DNA of 36,789 nucleotides, taken from positions 1 through 36,789 of the IMG/VR virus record IMGVR_UViG_3300020165_002742; one strand, written 5' to 3'. Numbering within the stretch: the stretch's first letter is position 1; each line of letters opens with the position of its first letter. A program made the position numbers and the translations under genes. The stretch is from a virus. Lineage: Duplodnaviria; Caudoviricetes. Shown here in pieces: positions 25,396 to 34,366 of this stretch. Under the pieces are notes generated by a model that made no database searches, had not been told where the DNA came from, and saw only the letters and a list, made by a program, of their open reading frames with translations.

Positions 25396-27764
25396 CTTCC
25401 TAAAAACCCTTTCCACGTTTTAACTATGCTTTCGTTTGTTTGCATATGCGATGGCTGACGAGCATTCACAAACTGAGCTAACACTCTGTTGAATACCACA
25501 TTAAGGTTGTCTTCGTCGTCCATAGAGCCCTCTACAAGCTCTTGGAACAATCCAGTCATAATATCGGGCTCATCAGCATTTATCGAGAATATAGCGGTAA
25601 ATTTAGCCTCTCCAGCGTGTTCTACAGTCGTAGCATTCATCTGTAGATAATATTCAGTGTTCTCTTCTTTTCTTGGCGCTTCTAAAAGCTGTTTTCTCAA
25701 CTCAATTCTAAAGTCGCGAGAATCAAGAATCTGCATAAGCACTTCCATGCCTAATCCTAAATCTTCTGGATCGTAATAGTGAGAGTATCTTGCAGTGGAT
25801 TCATATGACTCGGAGTAATCGCCATCTGTATCTAGATCCCATTCATACGAGGTGAGTTCACCATCGTCAATCGCCATGGCTAGATTGATGTAGGCTCCAC
25901 CTTCCATTTGTCCTTCTCGCTTGAAGTACTCTGTAAGAATTGCTTCCCAAGTATCGCGGGCATCATCGATCTTAGTATCAATATTTTGCCCAGCGTCATT
26001 AAGTTCGGATGACATGGCCATATATGTACCACCATAAATCTCAGGATGCTCAAAGTTAATAGGAATAGATAAGTGTATTTCTTCGCGGATCCTGCGGATT
26101 GTGGGGGTATCGTGTTTCGAAGGCACAAATATATCACCATAGCCGTTTCTTTCATTTAATTCGTCAACAGAATTCCACACAACTTCTTCTGCATTGCTCG
26201 GCAACCTTTTCCACTCATCAATTGGCCATCTAGCAACAAATTGAGCACTAGGCATGATATAAACACTATCAGCGCCGTCTTCGCGCACTTCATAATCAAT
26301 AAATGTCTGGGCATATCTTTCCATCCAATAATTTGTCACATCTTCGCATTCGCCTTCCACCACTCGTTTAATATCACCGATTAAATTTGCATCGAGATTT
26401 TGTTCAGTTTCTTTGTTTTGTCTCATGTTGCCGCTAACACGCTGATCCATCCCTAACAACTGTCTCATTAGTGCTTCACGACCCGCTGCAGCTGCAGTGT
26501 CTTCGTAAGAACCGCCAAAAATCATAAACTTGTTTAAATCAATCTTGCCGCTTTCTTTTGGCATATTTTGAATGACTTCTTCTTGGTTTGTTCTTGCCCA
26601 GTCAGTAACTATATTAACTAAACCGGGAATATCAACACCATACACCTTTTTTTCAGGCATGCCGACGTCTTGCCCATCATCCCAGCGCTTTGGAGGTTCA
26701 TCACCTACATAATATCTAACGTGACGGATGCGCGTCCGTGAAATTGGATTGATATCGCCAACATCATAGCGTTGATCATCATAAAATACCTCACCTTCTT
26801 GGATTTCTTGCTCTGCACTGTCTATATTACCCGTATTAGTGGCGCTCAGAAGCTCTTCAGTCTCAACCACGTATGCTACGGCTCCGTGCCCCTGAGCCTC
26901 GGCTACAGCGCATTTATAGTACGATTGATAAGCACTTGCGCGGCTAGGTGGAGTGTGGCAAGAGGTAATCTCGTCAAAATCACTCATTCTGAGCACATCT
27001 ACCGGATGTCGAGTGATAATAATGGAATATTTGTCATTATCGATGTTATTTATCTCTTTTTTGATATATCCGGCGTTATCTTTCCAATATTGGAAGTATT
27101 GAGTGGCTAAATCCGTTAAATTGTAGCCTGCCGGTCCCGCAACTCCCGGATTTACGACATATAAGTAAATTTGAGTATTAATTCTTTCAAAATTTTCATA
27201 TTCTTTCTCATCGAGTGCTGCTTTCATCATTTTTCCGGTAACTCGGCCTGATGTCCTAACTGGTTCGCCATCTGCTAGCTTATAACCAATGCCATCCAAG
27301 TGATCATAGACTTTTTGGTATATTTCGTCTTTTCTTCGGCTTAAATCAGCCAATTTGGAGAAAAGCTTGCCGATTTTCATCTGAATCTTCTTAGTTTTCT
27401 TCTTTGGTTCAGGTCCGCCCCCCAACATATCAAGAAAATCGTCAGATTTACGCAGATCACGCTCGGCATATACCATACCTTTCTCCCAATCTACGTCATA
27501 TTCTTGAGATCTAAAGAATTCTGTAAACTTTCCAAGCTCGCTACCGAGATCCACAGTCGGAAATGGTATAACGGCGCGCATTTTACCACTGAAGAGGTCA
27601 TTTAGTGGCAAATCAGCTGCATCTAAATCGTCTAAGATATCTTCAAGCACTCTCATTTCATCTTCAGTAACTTCCCGGAGCACTTTTTCGGGTTTTTGTT
27701 CAGAAATACCTAAATTTTCCAGTAATTGTGCTGTTTTTAACAGGATTTGTTCATCATTTAGCAT
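25392..27764 (-). CDS. Large acidic hypothetical protein (about 790 aa)
   Basis: Long ORF with IIITRHPVDVLRMSD...SCH; start likely MLNDEQ after GGAGA. Confidence 0.8.
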   Translation of the reverse strand: MLNDEQILLKTAQLLENLGISEQKPEKVLREVTEDEMRVLEDILDDLDAADLPLNDLFSGKMRAVIPFPTVDLGSELGKFTEFFRSQEYDVDWEKGMVYAERDLRKSDDFLDMLGGGPEPKKKTKKIQMKIGKLFSKLADLSRRKDEIYQKVYDHLDGIGYKLADGEPVRTSGRVTGKMMKAALDEKEYENFERINTQIYLYVVNPGVAGPAGYNLTDLATQYFQYWKDNAGYIKKEINNIDNDKYSIIITRHPVDVLRMSDFDEITSCHTPPSRASAYQSYYKCAVAEAQGHGAVAYVVETEELLSATNTGNIDSAEQEIQEGEVFYDDQRYDVGDINPISRTRIRHVRYYVGDEPPKRWDDGQDVGMPEKKVYGVDIPGLVNIVTDWARTNQEEVIQNMPKESGKIDLNKFMIFGGSYEDTAAAAGREALMRQLLGMDQRVSGNMRQNKETEQNLDANLIGDIKRVVEGECEDVTNYWMERYAQTFIDYEVREDGADSVYIMPSAQFVARWPIDEWKRLPSNAEEVVWNSVDELNERNGYGDIFVPSKHDTPTIRRIREEIHLSIPINFEHPEIYGGTYMAMSSELNDAGQNIDTKIDDARDTWEAILTEYFKREGQMEGGAYINLAMAIDDGELTSYEWDLDTDGDYSESYESTARYSHYYDPEDLGLGMEVLMQILDSRDFRIELRKQLLEAPRKEENTEYYLQMNATTVEHAGEAKFTAIFSINADEPDIMTGLFQELVEGSMDDEDNLNVVFNRVLAQFVNARQPSHMQTNESIVKTWKGFLGR

Positions 27765-27846
27765 TATTTCTCCAATCGCAGTAATCACAAGCCATTTCAT
27801 CTATCAATGGCATCCCACAATTGGGACATTTTTTATATTTTACCAT
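27754..27846 (-). CDS. 30-aa zinc-ribbon microprotein (not in ORF track)
   Basis: MVKYKKCPNCGMPLIDEMACDYCDWRNNAK, CxxC-x9-CxxC. Confidence 0.65.
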   Translation of the reverse strand: MVKYKKCPNCGMPLIDEMACDYCDWRNNAK

Positions 27847-27860
27847 AAATAACATAGTTT

Positions 27861-29054
27861 TTATTCCTTCATTGATTTTGAGCCGCGACATTTCCACTTT
27901 TTACGAGATAATGCGTTGGCACATGGGGGGTTTTTACACTTTTTAATCTTTGCTGAGCGCGCACAATACGCATCACCCTTCTTAGTACCGGGCCTGATGC
28001 GATCTCCTCCGCCTTTTGCTTGACCTTTCTGTCCAAATGAGCGGCACTTACCGTTTACACGCTTAGCAAAGCGCTTTCCTTTGGAGGGTTTACATGCTTT
28101 TTTCTTCTTTTCTTCTAAAACTTGCGATAATTCGTCTTCAATCATGATCTCAAGAGACTCTTTCTTGGAATTGCCCCAGTTTTTAGCACCAACCTTGCGA
28201 CATTTAACGAGGGCGCCAGAAGCATAAGCGCTTGGCCACACTTTATAACGTGATTTTACTTTACTATAACAAGCATCTCTCTTAGCTTTTTTCTTCTTAG
28301 TGTTTTTTGCGGTTTTGGCTGCGCGCTTTTTACCTTTCTGCTGTTTCTTCTTTTTCTTCTCGTCAAGCACAACCTCAAGTTCTTCTTTTATTATTTGTTC
28401 TAATTGGAGATCATAAAAAATCTCATCGCCTAAATTTCCATCCGGAAGCATCCAGTCTGGTATTGAATTTAAAGCGGCTTTTAGATTTTCAACATGTTCT
28501 TCTTTTGAATCCCAAGTTGTGTCAGCAGTCAGATTAGCCCAATCGCTCTCCAATTCATCATCTTCCAGAATCCATTCATTGCCAACTGCTTCTAATTTTT
28601 GTTTAACATATTCTATGACACTTTGATTAAAATCAATTTTTGCATTCTGTGCTGCCATGGCCGCTTCGGGGTCAAAAGTCTCAGAATCAGAGGAATTTAT
28701 ACCCATTCGGTCCGTGACATTTCTATAATCGCTTTCTTTGTCTTCAAATATATTTTGTAATTCTTCTCGAATCATTAGTTCTAAATCCATTGTTAAGTTT
28801 TCCTTTTTAGGTTTTTTATATCCCTTACAAGCGCTGGGTGTTGGTCGACATCGGGGGTATTTCGATCTTTTCTCGCCTTTTTTGCGGCCGCATGCTTTAC
28901 ATTTGCCTTTTCGACAAGTATTACAGTCAACCCAGCCTCCTTTTTTTCCAGGAGCCCCCTGACGTTTAAACCAGTCGCCTAAATTTTTCTCTGAGCTAGG
29001 TTTTTTGGTTAGTTTGCGTTTCTTTTCATCTATAGGGCCATAAAGGTCATTCAT
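27861..29054 (-). CDS. Modular protein with three basic Cys-rich domains (DUF5872/DUF6321-like)
   Basis: WFK..WVDC..CGR..YPRCRP; DACYSKVKSRYKVWPSAYASG; SFGQKG..YCARS..SRKKW; separated by LExxIxEEL linkers. Confidence 0.75.
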   Translation of the reverse strand: MNDLYGPIDEKKRKLTKKPSSEKNLGDWFKRQGAPGKKGGWVDCNTCRKGKCKACGRKKGEKRSKYPRCRPTPSACKGYKKPKKENLTMDLELMIREELQNIFEDKESDYRNVTDRMGINSSDSETFDPEAAMAAQNAKIDFNQSVIEYVKQKLEAVGNEWILEDDELESDWANLTADTTWDSKEEHVENLKAALNSIPDWMLPDGNLGDEIFYDLQLEQIIKEELEVVLDEKKKKKQQKGKKRAAKTAKNTKKKKAKRDACYSKVKSRYKVWPSAYASGALVKCRKVGAKNWGNSKKESLEIMIEDELSQVLEEKKKKACKPSKGKRFAKRVNGKCRSFGQKGQAKGGGDRIRPGTKKGDAYCARSAKIKKCKNPPCANALSRKKWKCRGSKSMKE

Positions 29055-29499
29055 TGTTCGACATTTCCAAAGCTTTCTCCAATAAATAGATCGGAATTTC
29101 ACTATTGTCTATGTCTTTTATCTCATTAATGGTCGCCCATCTATAATCATCATGCTCTATTTTGCTTGTCACCGGGTTCGGTTTAAGTATATTTACGGTA
29201 CCTTCCCAATTTTTAGCCATATAGTAAAATTTTTCTGGCTTTGGTTCACCTAGATATAATAAATCACTAATTTTACAAAGTAAGTCAGTTTCTTCATGCA
29301 GTTCTCTAACCGCAGCGTCTTCAATAGTGCAATCTTCATCATCGACGTGGCCCCCGGGTATCGTCCACTGGCCACATCTGTTATCTATGTTGGAACGTCT
29401 AATTATTAAAAATTGAGCATGCTCATTCAGGCAAACCACAATAGCCGCGGCCCTTAGTTCACCTTCGGTAAGAAACTGGTCCCATTTTTTTATTGGCAT
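29047..29499 (-). CDS. NUDIX hydrolase
   Basis: PGGHVDDEDCTIEDAAVRELHEETDL Nudix box; EHDDYRW; KWDQFLTE leader. Confidence 0.92.
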   Translation of the reverse strand: MPIKKWDQFLTEGELRAAAIVVCLNEHAQFLIIRRSNIDNRCGQWTIPGGHVDDEDCTIEDAAVRELHEETDLLCKISDLLYLGEPKPEKFYYMAKNWEGTVNILKPNPVTSKIEHDDYRWATINEIKDIDNSEIPIYLLEKALEMSNNE

Positions 29500-30218
29500 G
29501 CCTTGTATTTTCCTACAGTACCTCTACAAAAAGGTTCGACTGCTTCTTTAATATCAATTTGTTTTATCGGAGCTACCCAAATCATATTCTCTTGTACTTG
29601 GGTTCCGTTAACATACTCAACATCGACACCATATAATACACCAATAATCTTGCCTTTTGTATCATATAATACTGAGCCAGAGCACCCAAACCAGCCATAG
29701 GTGTTGACTATTAATTGAGTTTCTCCAGAGCTTAATTTTTCATATCCAGCAACTCTACCGTTAAAAGACATCAACTTGTGCCAAGAAGGGTAGCCTGAGT
29801 ATACTATATCCATCCCAACATCATATGATTTAGTAACATTCCAATCCATAGCTTTGATGTCTTTGTTACGGAAAGTCCCTCCCAAGACTAATACAGATAT
29901 ATCTGCAATATTGCTTTTGTACATTAAAACAGCCGGCACACTTTCATCATCTTTAAAAATCTTGTAAGTGGTTCCAATATCGTGTTCTGCTACGTGCTTA
30001 GCAGTTATTACTAGAATGATGTCTTTATATTTTATTAATGAACCAGAACCATGGCCACCGCGAGGAGTTATTACTTTTACTGCGGCATTCCTTACGTCAC
30101 GCTCCACTGAAGAGAGACTTTTACTTACTTGCTCAATTGGCAATGCTGGCGTATAGGTGTTTTCGCTTGCGCTGGCAGTTCCTATAAACATCATAGCCAT
30201 TAATAACAAATATTTCAT
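29490..30218 (-). CDS. Secreted trypsin-like (S1C) serine protease
   Basis: Signal peptide, GSGS, ITAKHV, DISVL, GCSGS. Confidence 0.9.
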   Translation of the reverse strand: MKYLLLMAMMFIGTASASENTYTPALPIEQVSKSLSSVERDVRNAAVKVITPRGGHGSGSLIKYKDIILVITAKHVAEHDIGTTYKIFKDDESVPAVLMYKSNIADISVLVLGGTFRNKDIKAMDWNVTKSYDVGMDIVYSGYPSWHKLMSFNGRVAGYEKLSSGETQLIVNTYGWFGCSGSVLYDTKGKIIGVLYGVDVEYVNGTQVQENMIWVAPIKQIDIKEAVEPFCRGTVGKYKACQ

Positions 30219-30229
30219 TTTTTTAATCC

Positions 30230-31249
30230 TTATGCACCAGAGTCTCCGGTGTCTAACTCTATATATCTATAACCAACCTCAACTAACTGCCCGGCAGATG
30301 GAATAATAGTAAAATAAACAGTATTGTCTGATTCCTGATAATACCAATCATGATTTAATGTTCCATTAATGAAGACCCTAATTGAATCTACTTCTGCTTT
30401 ATGTGTTAGTTGCAAGCTTTCGTATGGTTCAATTGAATGAGTGGCATCAGTCACACCCGGAGACCAATCAGTATCACATATATCTACGACGACACCCCCC
30501 ATCGCGGCGGTCGCCTCCATAAAGCGATCACCGATGTCAATAGGGTTTGGTGGATAAGTACACAGTGAATCTTCTGCCTTAACGTTAATAATGCTAGCCA
30601 TGAAAGAGGAGCCCATTCTAAGAGATCCATACCAACTTACAAAATCAGAAGGTAGTGGATATTCGACATGGCTCTGTTCTTCTTCATCGGATACAAAGAC
30701 AACTAATAGCCCGGCATCTGGCCGCATCCAAGTTAGTGAATAGGGGTTGTGGTTAATATATTCATAAACCGCGTTGAAGCCTTCTTCATATGGAGCTGAA
30801 GTTAGTGTTGCTAACATATCGGCAGCATCATCGATATCATCTCCAGGAACTAAAGGAAATACGTCACTATCTAGCGCTTTTCTAGAGTCTGCGCTTATCA
30901 TAACCAATCTCCAATCTGATATCGGAAGAGCCAGCAGCATTGCCTCGACTCCAGCAAGAAGCTCGGCGTTAAACCGGTTCATTGAACCCGAACGATCGAC
31001 AACCCACAGAATATCAATACCGTCGATTGACATATGTTGCGTGAATGAATCAACCCAAATTACACCCTCATTGACCGGTACCTCGATTTCGACATAGACG
31101 GGTACCTCTACCTCGACCGTTTCAACAATCGTTTCGGTAATAGTTTCAGTGGTATGTATAATTTCTTTTTCTGGCTCCTTGTGATCCATGATACTATAAT
31201 CATAGTTACAACCCAAAGAACACAAAATAGCTAAAAAGATATTTTTCAA
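30230..31249 (-). CDS. VWA-domain lipoprotein (myxobacterial type)
   Basis: Lipobox SLGC, MIDAS DILWVVDRSGSM, VVFVSDEEEQS, Cys pair, C-terminal DTGDS; TTG start. Confidence 0.85.
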   Translation of the reverse strand: MKNIFLAILCSLGCNYDYSIMDHKEPEKEIIHTTETITETIVETVEVEVPVYVEIEVPVNEGVIWVDSFTQHMSIDGIDILWVVDRSGSMNRFNAELLAGVEAMLLALPISDWRLVMISADSRKALDSDVFPLVPGDDIDDAADMLATLTSAPYEEGFNAVYEYINHNPYSLTWMRPDAGLLVVFVSDEEEQSHVEYPLPSDFVSWYGSLRMGSSFMASIINVKAEDSLCTYPPNPIDIGDRFMEATAAMGGVVVDICDTDWSPGVTDATHSIEPYESLQLTHKAEVDSIRVFINGTLNHDWYYQESDNTVYFTIIPSAGQLVEVGYRYIELDTGDSGA

Positions 31250-31283
31250 TTGAGCGCCCGCCTATAGATAAATATAAGCTTCT

Positions 31284-31451
31284 TTACTTTGAGCCACTTA
31301 ATAAAGAAAAACTTAGCAAAATCATGTTTGCTATTGATAGTATCTGTAGTTCATAGCTGCCAATGACACATCCGAATCCCCACAATAATAGATTCACAAA
31401 CGTGGCGCCAAGGCATATTTTTTTATATATGGTTTTAAATTTCTTCTTCAC
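31284..31451 (-). CDS. 55-aa two-TM membrane peptide (not in ORF track)
   Basis: GTG start, MKKKFKTIYKKICLGATFVNLLLWGFGCVIG...; fills the gap. Confidence 0.55.
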   Translation of the reverse strand: MKKKFKTIYKKICLGATFVNLLLWGFGCVIGSYELQILSIANMILLSFSLLSGSK

Positions 31452-31463
31452 AAAGATAAATAA

Positions 31464-31715
31464 TCACATTCTTGAAATAACTTCTATATTATAAGAATAT
31501 AATTCCTCAGCAGTTTGTCTTTCAAAAATATACACTTTAACAACCGGAAACATAGATTGTTGTATGTGAGATAGTCTTTCAATAACTACACCATGGTTTA
31601 GTTCAACTACCCCTTCCCAATCATAGGTTTTTATCTTAACAAGGTCGCCGGCGCGGACGTCGTACTCATCAAAAGTTTTTGGTTGGTTAGTCTTTTTATT
31701 CATTTCTAAACGCAA
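31464..31715 (-). CDS. Small KOW/SH3-like paralogue
   Basis: VRAGDLVKI...HGVVIER...IEVIS. Confidence 0.7.
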   Translation of the reverse strand: MRLEMNKKTNQPKTFDEYDVRAGDLVKIKTYDWEGVVELNHGVVIERLSHIQQSMFPVVKVYIFERQTAEELYSYNIEVISRM

Positions 31716-31723
31716 ATTTTTTT

Positions 31724-32026
31724 TTATTTTTCGGTAAAAATTTTATTGGTATTCTCATTCGCAGGGTTCCATTCATACATTCCAATCACGATTGAAAGCT
31801 TTAGTCCGTCTTCTTCAAAATAATGCTTACCAGCATCTTCTAAATCCGACAAGTTAGTATCTCCAGCCGTCCATGATATCTCCCAAAAGTAAAGGTCATC
31901 GTGTTCTATGTCGACACGACGAACGCAATTCAATAAAACACCAACACTATTGTTGTGCCTATCAATAATTATGTCACCTTTCGATAATATAATCGTTTCA
32001 GCTTGCTTTCGCAAATTAAAAATCAT
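31724..32026 (-). CDS. Small KOW/SH3-like paralogue
   Basis: LSKGDIIID...VGVLL...WEISW...EDGL. Confidence 0.7.
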   Translation of the reverse strand: MIFNLRKQAETIILSKGDIIIDRHNNSVGVLLNCVRRVDIEHDDLYFWEISWTAGDTNLSDLEDAGKHYFEEDGLKLSIVIGMYEWNPANENTNKIFTEK

Positions 32027-32037
32027 AAAAGTTGCAC

Positions 32038-32307
32038 CTATTCGCTATTCCTATATAGCTCAACGGTACCGGCAAGAATCATGTTTTCTAGTCCGAATTC
32101 AGTATATGATTGATAGCGGGAACCTCTAAGATGCGGGCCCGCCCAAAATATTTCCCATGCCCAAACGACTACATCATCGTCATCAGGGTAAGAGACCATA
32201 TATTTGTCGTGCAATATGTCGTATTTATATAGCAAAACGCCGACATCACTATTCGATTTATCGATAATAACATCGCCGATTGACAGACTTAATCGTTTAC
32301 CGCCCAT
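32038..32307 (-). CDS. Small KOW/SH3-like paralogue
   Basis: LSIGDVIID...VGVLL...WEIFW...EFGL; close paralogue of its neighbour. Confidence 0.7.
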   Translation of the reverse strand: MGGKRLSLSIGDVIIDKSNSDVGVLLYKYDILHDKYMVSYPDDDDVVVWAWEIFWAGPHLRGSRYQSYTEFGLENMILAGTVELYRNSE

Positions 32308-32313
32308 GGTAAA

Positions 32314-32565
32314 TTAACTAGGATTAACAGACCTCTTGAGCAGCATGGGCTTTTTAATATCAAGGCAAACGTTGACAATTGATTTAAAATTTTGTTTAGT
32401 TAGCAACTCTTTGTCTTTTATTGTGCAGACGTTTTTTGGGATGTACACTTCGTTATTCGTCTTCTCGATTGGATAGACATATTCGCCTTGAAAAGATTCA
32501 ACAGTCGCCGGGTTGCCAATTAACACGTACGCACCGATAATCGGCAGCTTTAAAAAATTAATCAT
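32314..32565 (-). CDS. Hypothetical protein
   Basis: ORF in operon orientation. Confidence 0.5.
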   Translation of the reverse strand: MINFLKLPIIGAYVLIGNPATVESFQGEYVYPIEKTNNEVYIPKNVCTIKDKELLTKQNFKSIVNVCLDIKKPMLLKRSVNPS

Positions 32566-32577
32566 TATTAATAGATC

Positions 32578-32823
32578 CTATTTGATTTTAATCCGATCAA
32601 TAATATACGGATGTTGGAGAGATAAGTCCTTGTATAAACGCTTAAGAACTTTTTTAGTAATATCGCCGATGGAGTCTTTAAAATCGGATGATTTAACTGA
32701 CTTATTAATTTCTTTACGAACTTCGTCGGCTAATGTCGACTTAAGCTCTTTTGCAATTAATGACTTGACTTCGTCTTTATCGGCCTGAGTGAGTTTTTCA
32801 ATTAATAGTAAATCTGTAGACAT
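32578..32823 (-). CDS. Small helical protein
   Basis: MSTDLLLIEKLT...; ACTATTTA motif upstream. Confidence 0.65.
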   Translation of the reverse strand: MSTDLLLIEKLTQADKDEVKSLIAKELKSTLADEVRKEINKSVKSSDFKDSIGDITKKVLKRLYKDLSLQHPYIIDRIKIK

Positions 32824-32858
32824 GTATAAATACCAGTACACCTATAAATAGTGCGCAA

Positions 32859-33107
32859 TTAGATAGGCGCCACATCGCGCGCCGAGAAAGTGCAGATATC
32901 CGACATTTTAAGGCGGTGTATAACGTACATCACCCGGTCCGCTACAAACTCCTGCACATGTAGGTCATCCATAACACACTCGGGCGCCTTGTACTTTCTT
33001 AAAACTAAGCCAACACCGGTGTCCTTAACTATAGTGTCACATGCATATGTCCGGTACCACTTCACTAAGTCGCCAACTTCTATCATTGGCGCTTTACGCG
33101 CGCTCAT
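32859..33107 (-). CDS. Small KOW/SH3-like paralogue
   Basis: IEVGDLVKW...VGLVLRK. Confidence 0.7.
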   Translation of the reverse strand: MSARKAPMIEVGDLVKWYRTYACDTIVKDTGVGLVLRKYKAPECVMDDLHVQEFVADRVMYVIHRLKMSDICTFSARDVAPI

Positions 33108-33217
33108 GAGCCCTTCTTTACTGGCTCAGTCAATATTCGTTCGCACTCCGGGCAACGCGCTGGTAACTTTATTACCATTCCCGTTCCACAATGCCAACAT
33201 GTATATTTATAACTCAT
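33104..33217 (-). CDS. 37-aa zinc-ribbon microprotein (not in ORF track)
   Basis: MSYKYTCWHCGTGMVIKLPARCPECERILTEPVKKGS; GGAGG RBS; ATGA coupling. Confidence 0.72.
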   Translation of the reverse strand: MSYKYTCWHCGTGMVIKLPARCPECERILTEPVKKGS

Positions 33218-33452
33218 ATAACCTCCGTATCGTATTGAATTTGTATAGTCTGTCTATGGTATGCATCCAATCTCTTTCTTTAATTCCTGTATGGGGGTAA
33301 ACTATCCACCATATTTTCGCCATGTTCATCTGTGCTACTTCTCCCTTATCATATAACTCTATTACGATTGCAACACCCCCATGGCACGTGCACGTCACTA
33401 AGTCCCCCAAGACGAGCTTGTGCTTAGGTGGCTTTTTAAAAAACTCTTTCAC
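33207..33452 (-). CDS. Small KOW/SH3-like paralogue
   Basis: LVLGDLVTC...VAIVIE...KIWW. Confidence 0.7.
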   Translation of the reverse strand: MKEFFKKPPKHKLVLGDLVTCTCHGGVAIVIELYDKGEVAQMNMAKIWWIVYPHTGIKERDWMHTIDRLYKFNTIRRLYEL

Positions 33453-33630
33453 CCTGCTTGTATCCCTAAAGTATATATCTAGGAATTTTTTTGCGGGGGT
33501 TTTTTAAAGAGCAAATATCTGACCTAATATTTCAAAAAATATCAGCGATATTGAAAAGAGGCTTAGCACCGCATATGCGCCGGGCGAATCGGTCTAGAGA
33601 CGGATTCCGGGGGGGAGGGGGGACCACCTA

Positions 33631-33695
33631 CGTCAAAGGTTTGTCAAATGCATTTGTCAAGTTACTGTCAAACATTCATGTCAAGTTACTGTCAA
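33631..33695. repeat. Three phased (T/C)GTCAA-N5-TGTCAA dimers, 24-bp period
   Basis: cgtcaa-aggtt-tgtcaa, N7, tgtcaa-gttac-tgtcaa, N7, tgtcaa-gttac-tgtcaa. Confidence 0.9.
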
Positions 33696-33706
33696 TTGTC
33701 TGCATG

Positions 33707-33862
33707 TTATTTATTATTGCGCATGTGTCTATTGTATTGTTTAGCTCCATCATATATAACACTCGCATATATGTATAAAGCTAACGGTGTATAGAACCCG
33801 AGGATAAGGCCCTTTGTTATTACCTTATCAGCTATAGCTTTTATTCTTTTATGTCTCGCCAA
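33707..33862 (-). CDS. 51-aa membrane peptide (not in ORF track)
   Basis: TTG start after AGGAGA; MARHKRIKAIADKVITKGLILGFYTPLALYIYASV... Confidence 0.55.
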   Translation of the reverse strand: MARHKRIKAIADKVITKGLILGFYTPLALYIYASVIYDGAKQYNRHMRNNK

Positions 33863-33996
33863 TGTATTCGATCTCCTACTTGAACAGTTATATCACACAC
33901 ACAAATCCTACATGTAGTGTGGGGTCGTCGTCAACCCCCGGCTTTCGCTAATGATATGCATGCACACACACTACGGGTAGTGTCTCGCATATAGTG

Positions 33997-34083
33997 TTAG
34001 TATGCCATGAGCAGAAAAAGCATAGCCGTCCACATGCATGCGCCCATCAAATCGTAAATCTTTTCTTCTGTCGTGATATTCAT
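33997..34083 (-). CDS. 28-aa hydrophobic peptide
   Basis: TAAGGAGA RBS and its own promoter; MNITTEEKIYDLMGACMWTAMLFLLMAY. Confidence 0.65.
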   Translation of the reverse strand: MNITTEEKIYDLMGACMWTAMLFLLMAY

Positions 34084-34110
34084 AGGTATATCTCCTTACT
34101 CTATGTATAC

Positions 34111-34193
34111 ATTATACACCCTCGCGCGTCAAATGTCAAGCGCATCGTGTCAAAGGATTGTCAGCATGCGGTCACATGTCAAAAGAATGTCAA
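34111..34193 (-). promoter_or_regulatory. Early promoter with two upstream TGACA dimers
   Basis: TTGACA (34134-34139), 17 nt, TATAAT (34111-34116); tgtcaa-N5-tgtcag at 34148 and a second dimer at 34177. Confidence 0.85.
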
Positions 34194-34366
34194 CAAAAGG
34201 CTTTCATGTCGGACATATTCTGACTTGACACGAATAAAAGGTTGACAAATAGCGATCATGTATATACTAAACACAAGCACATAAAAACATACTTAAAGGC
34301 ATCCCATCATCAAACAGGCACTAAAACAATCACTTAGCTAACTCATGCACCCCCACCTAAACACAC

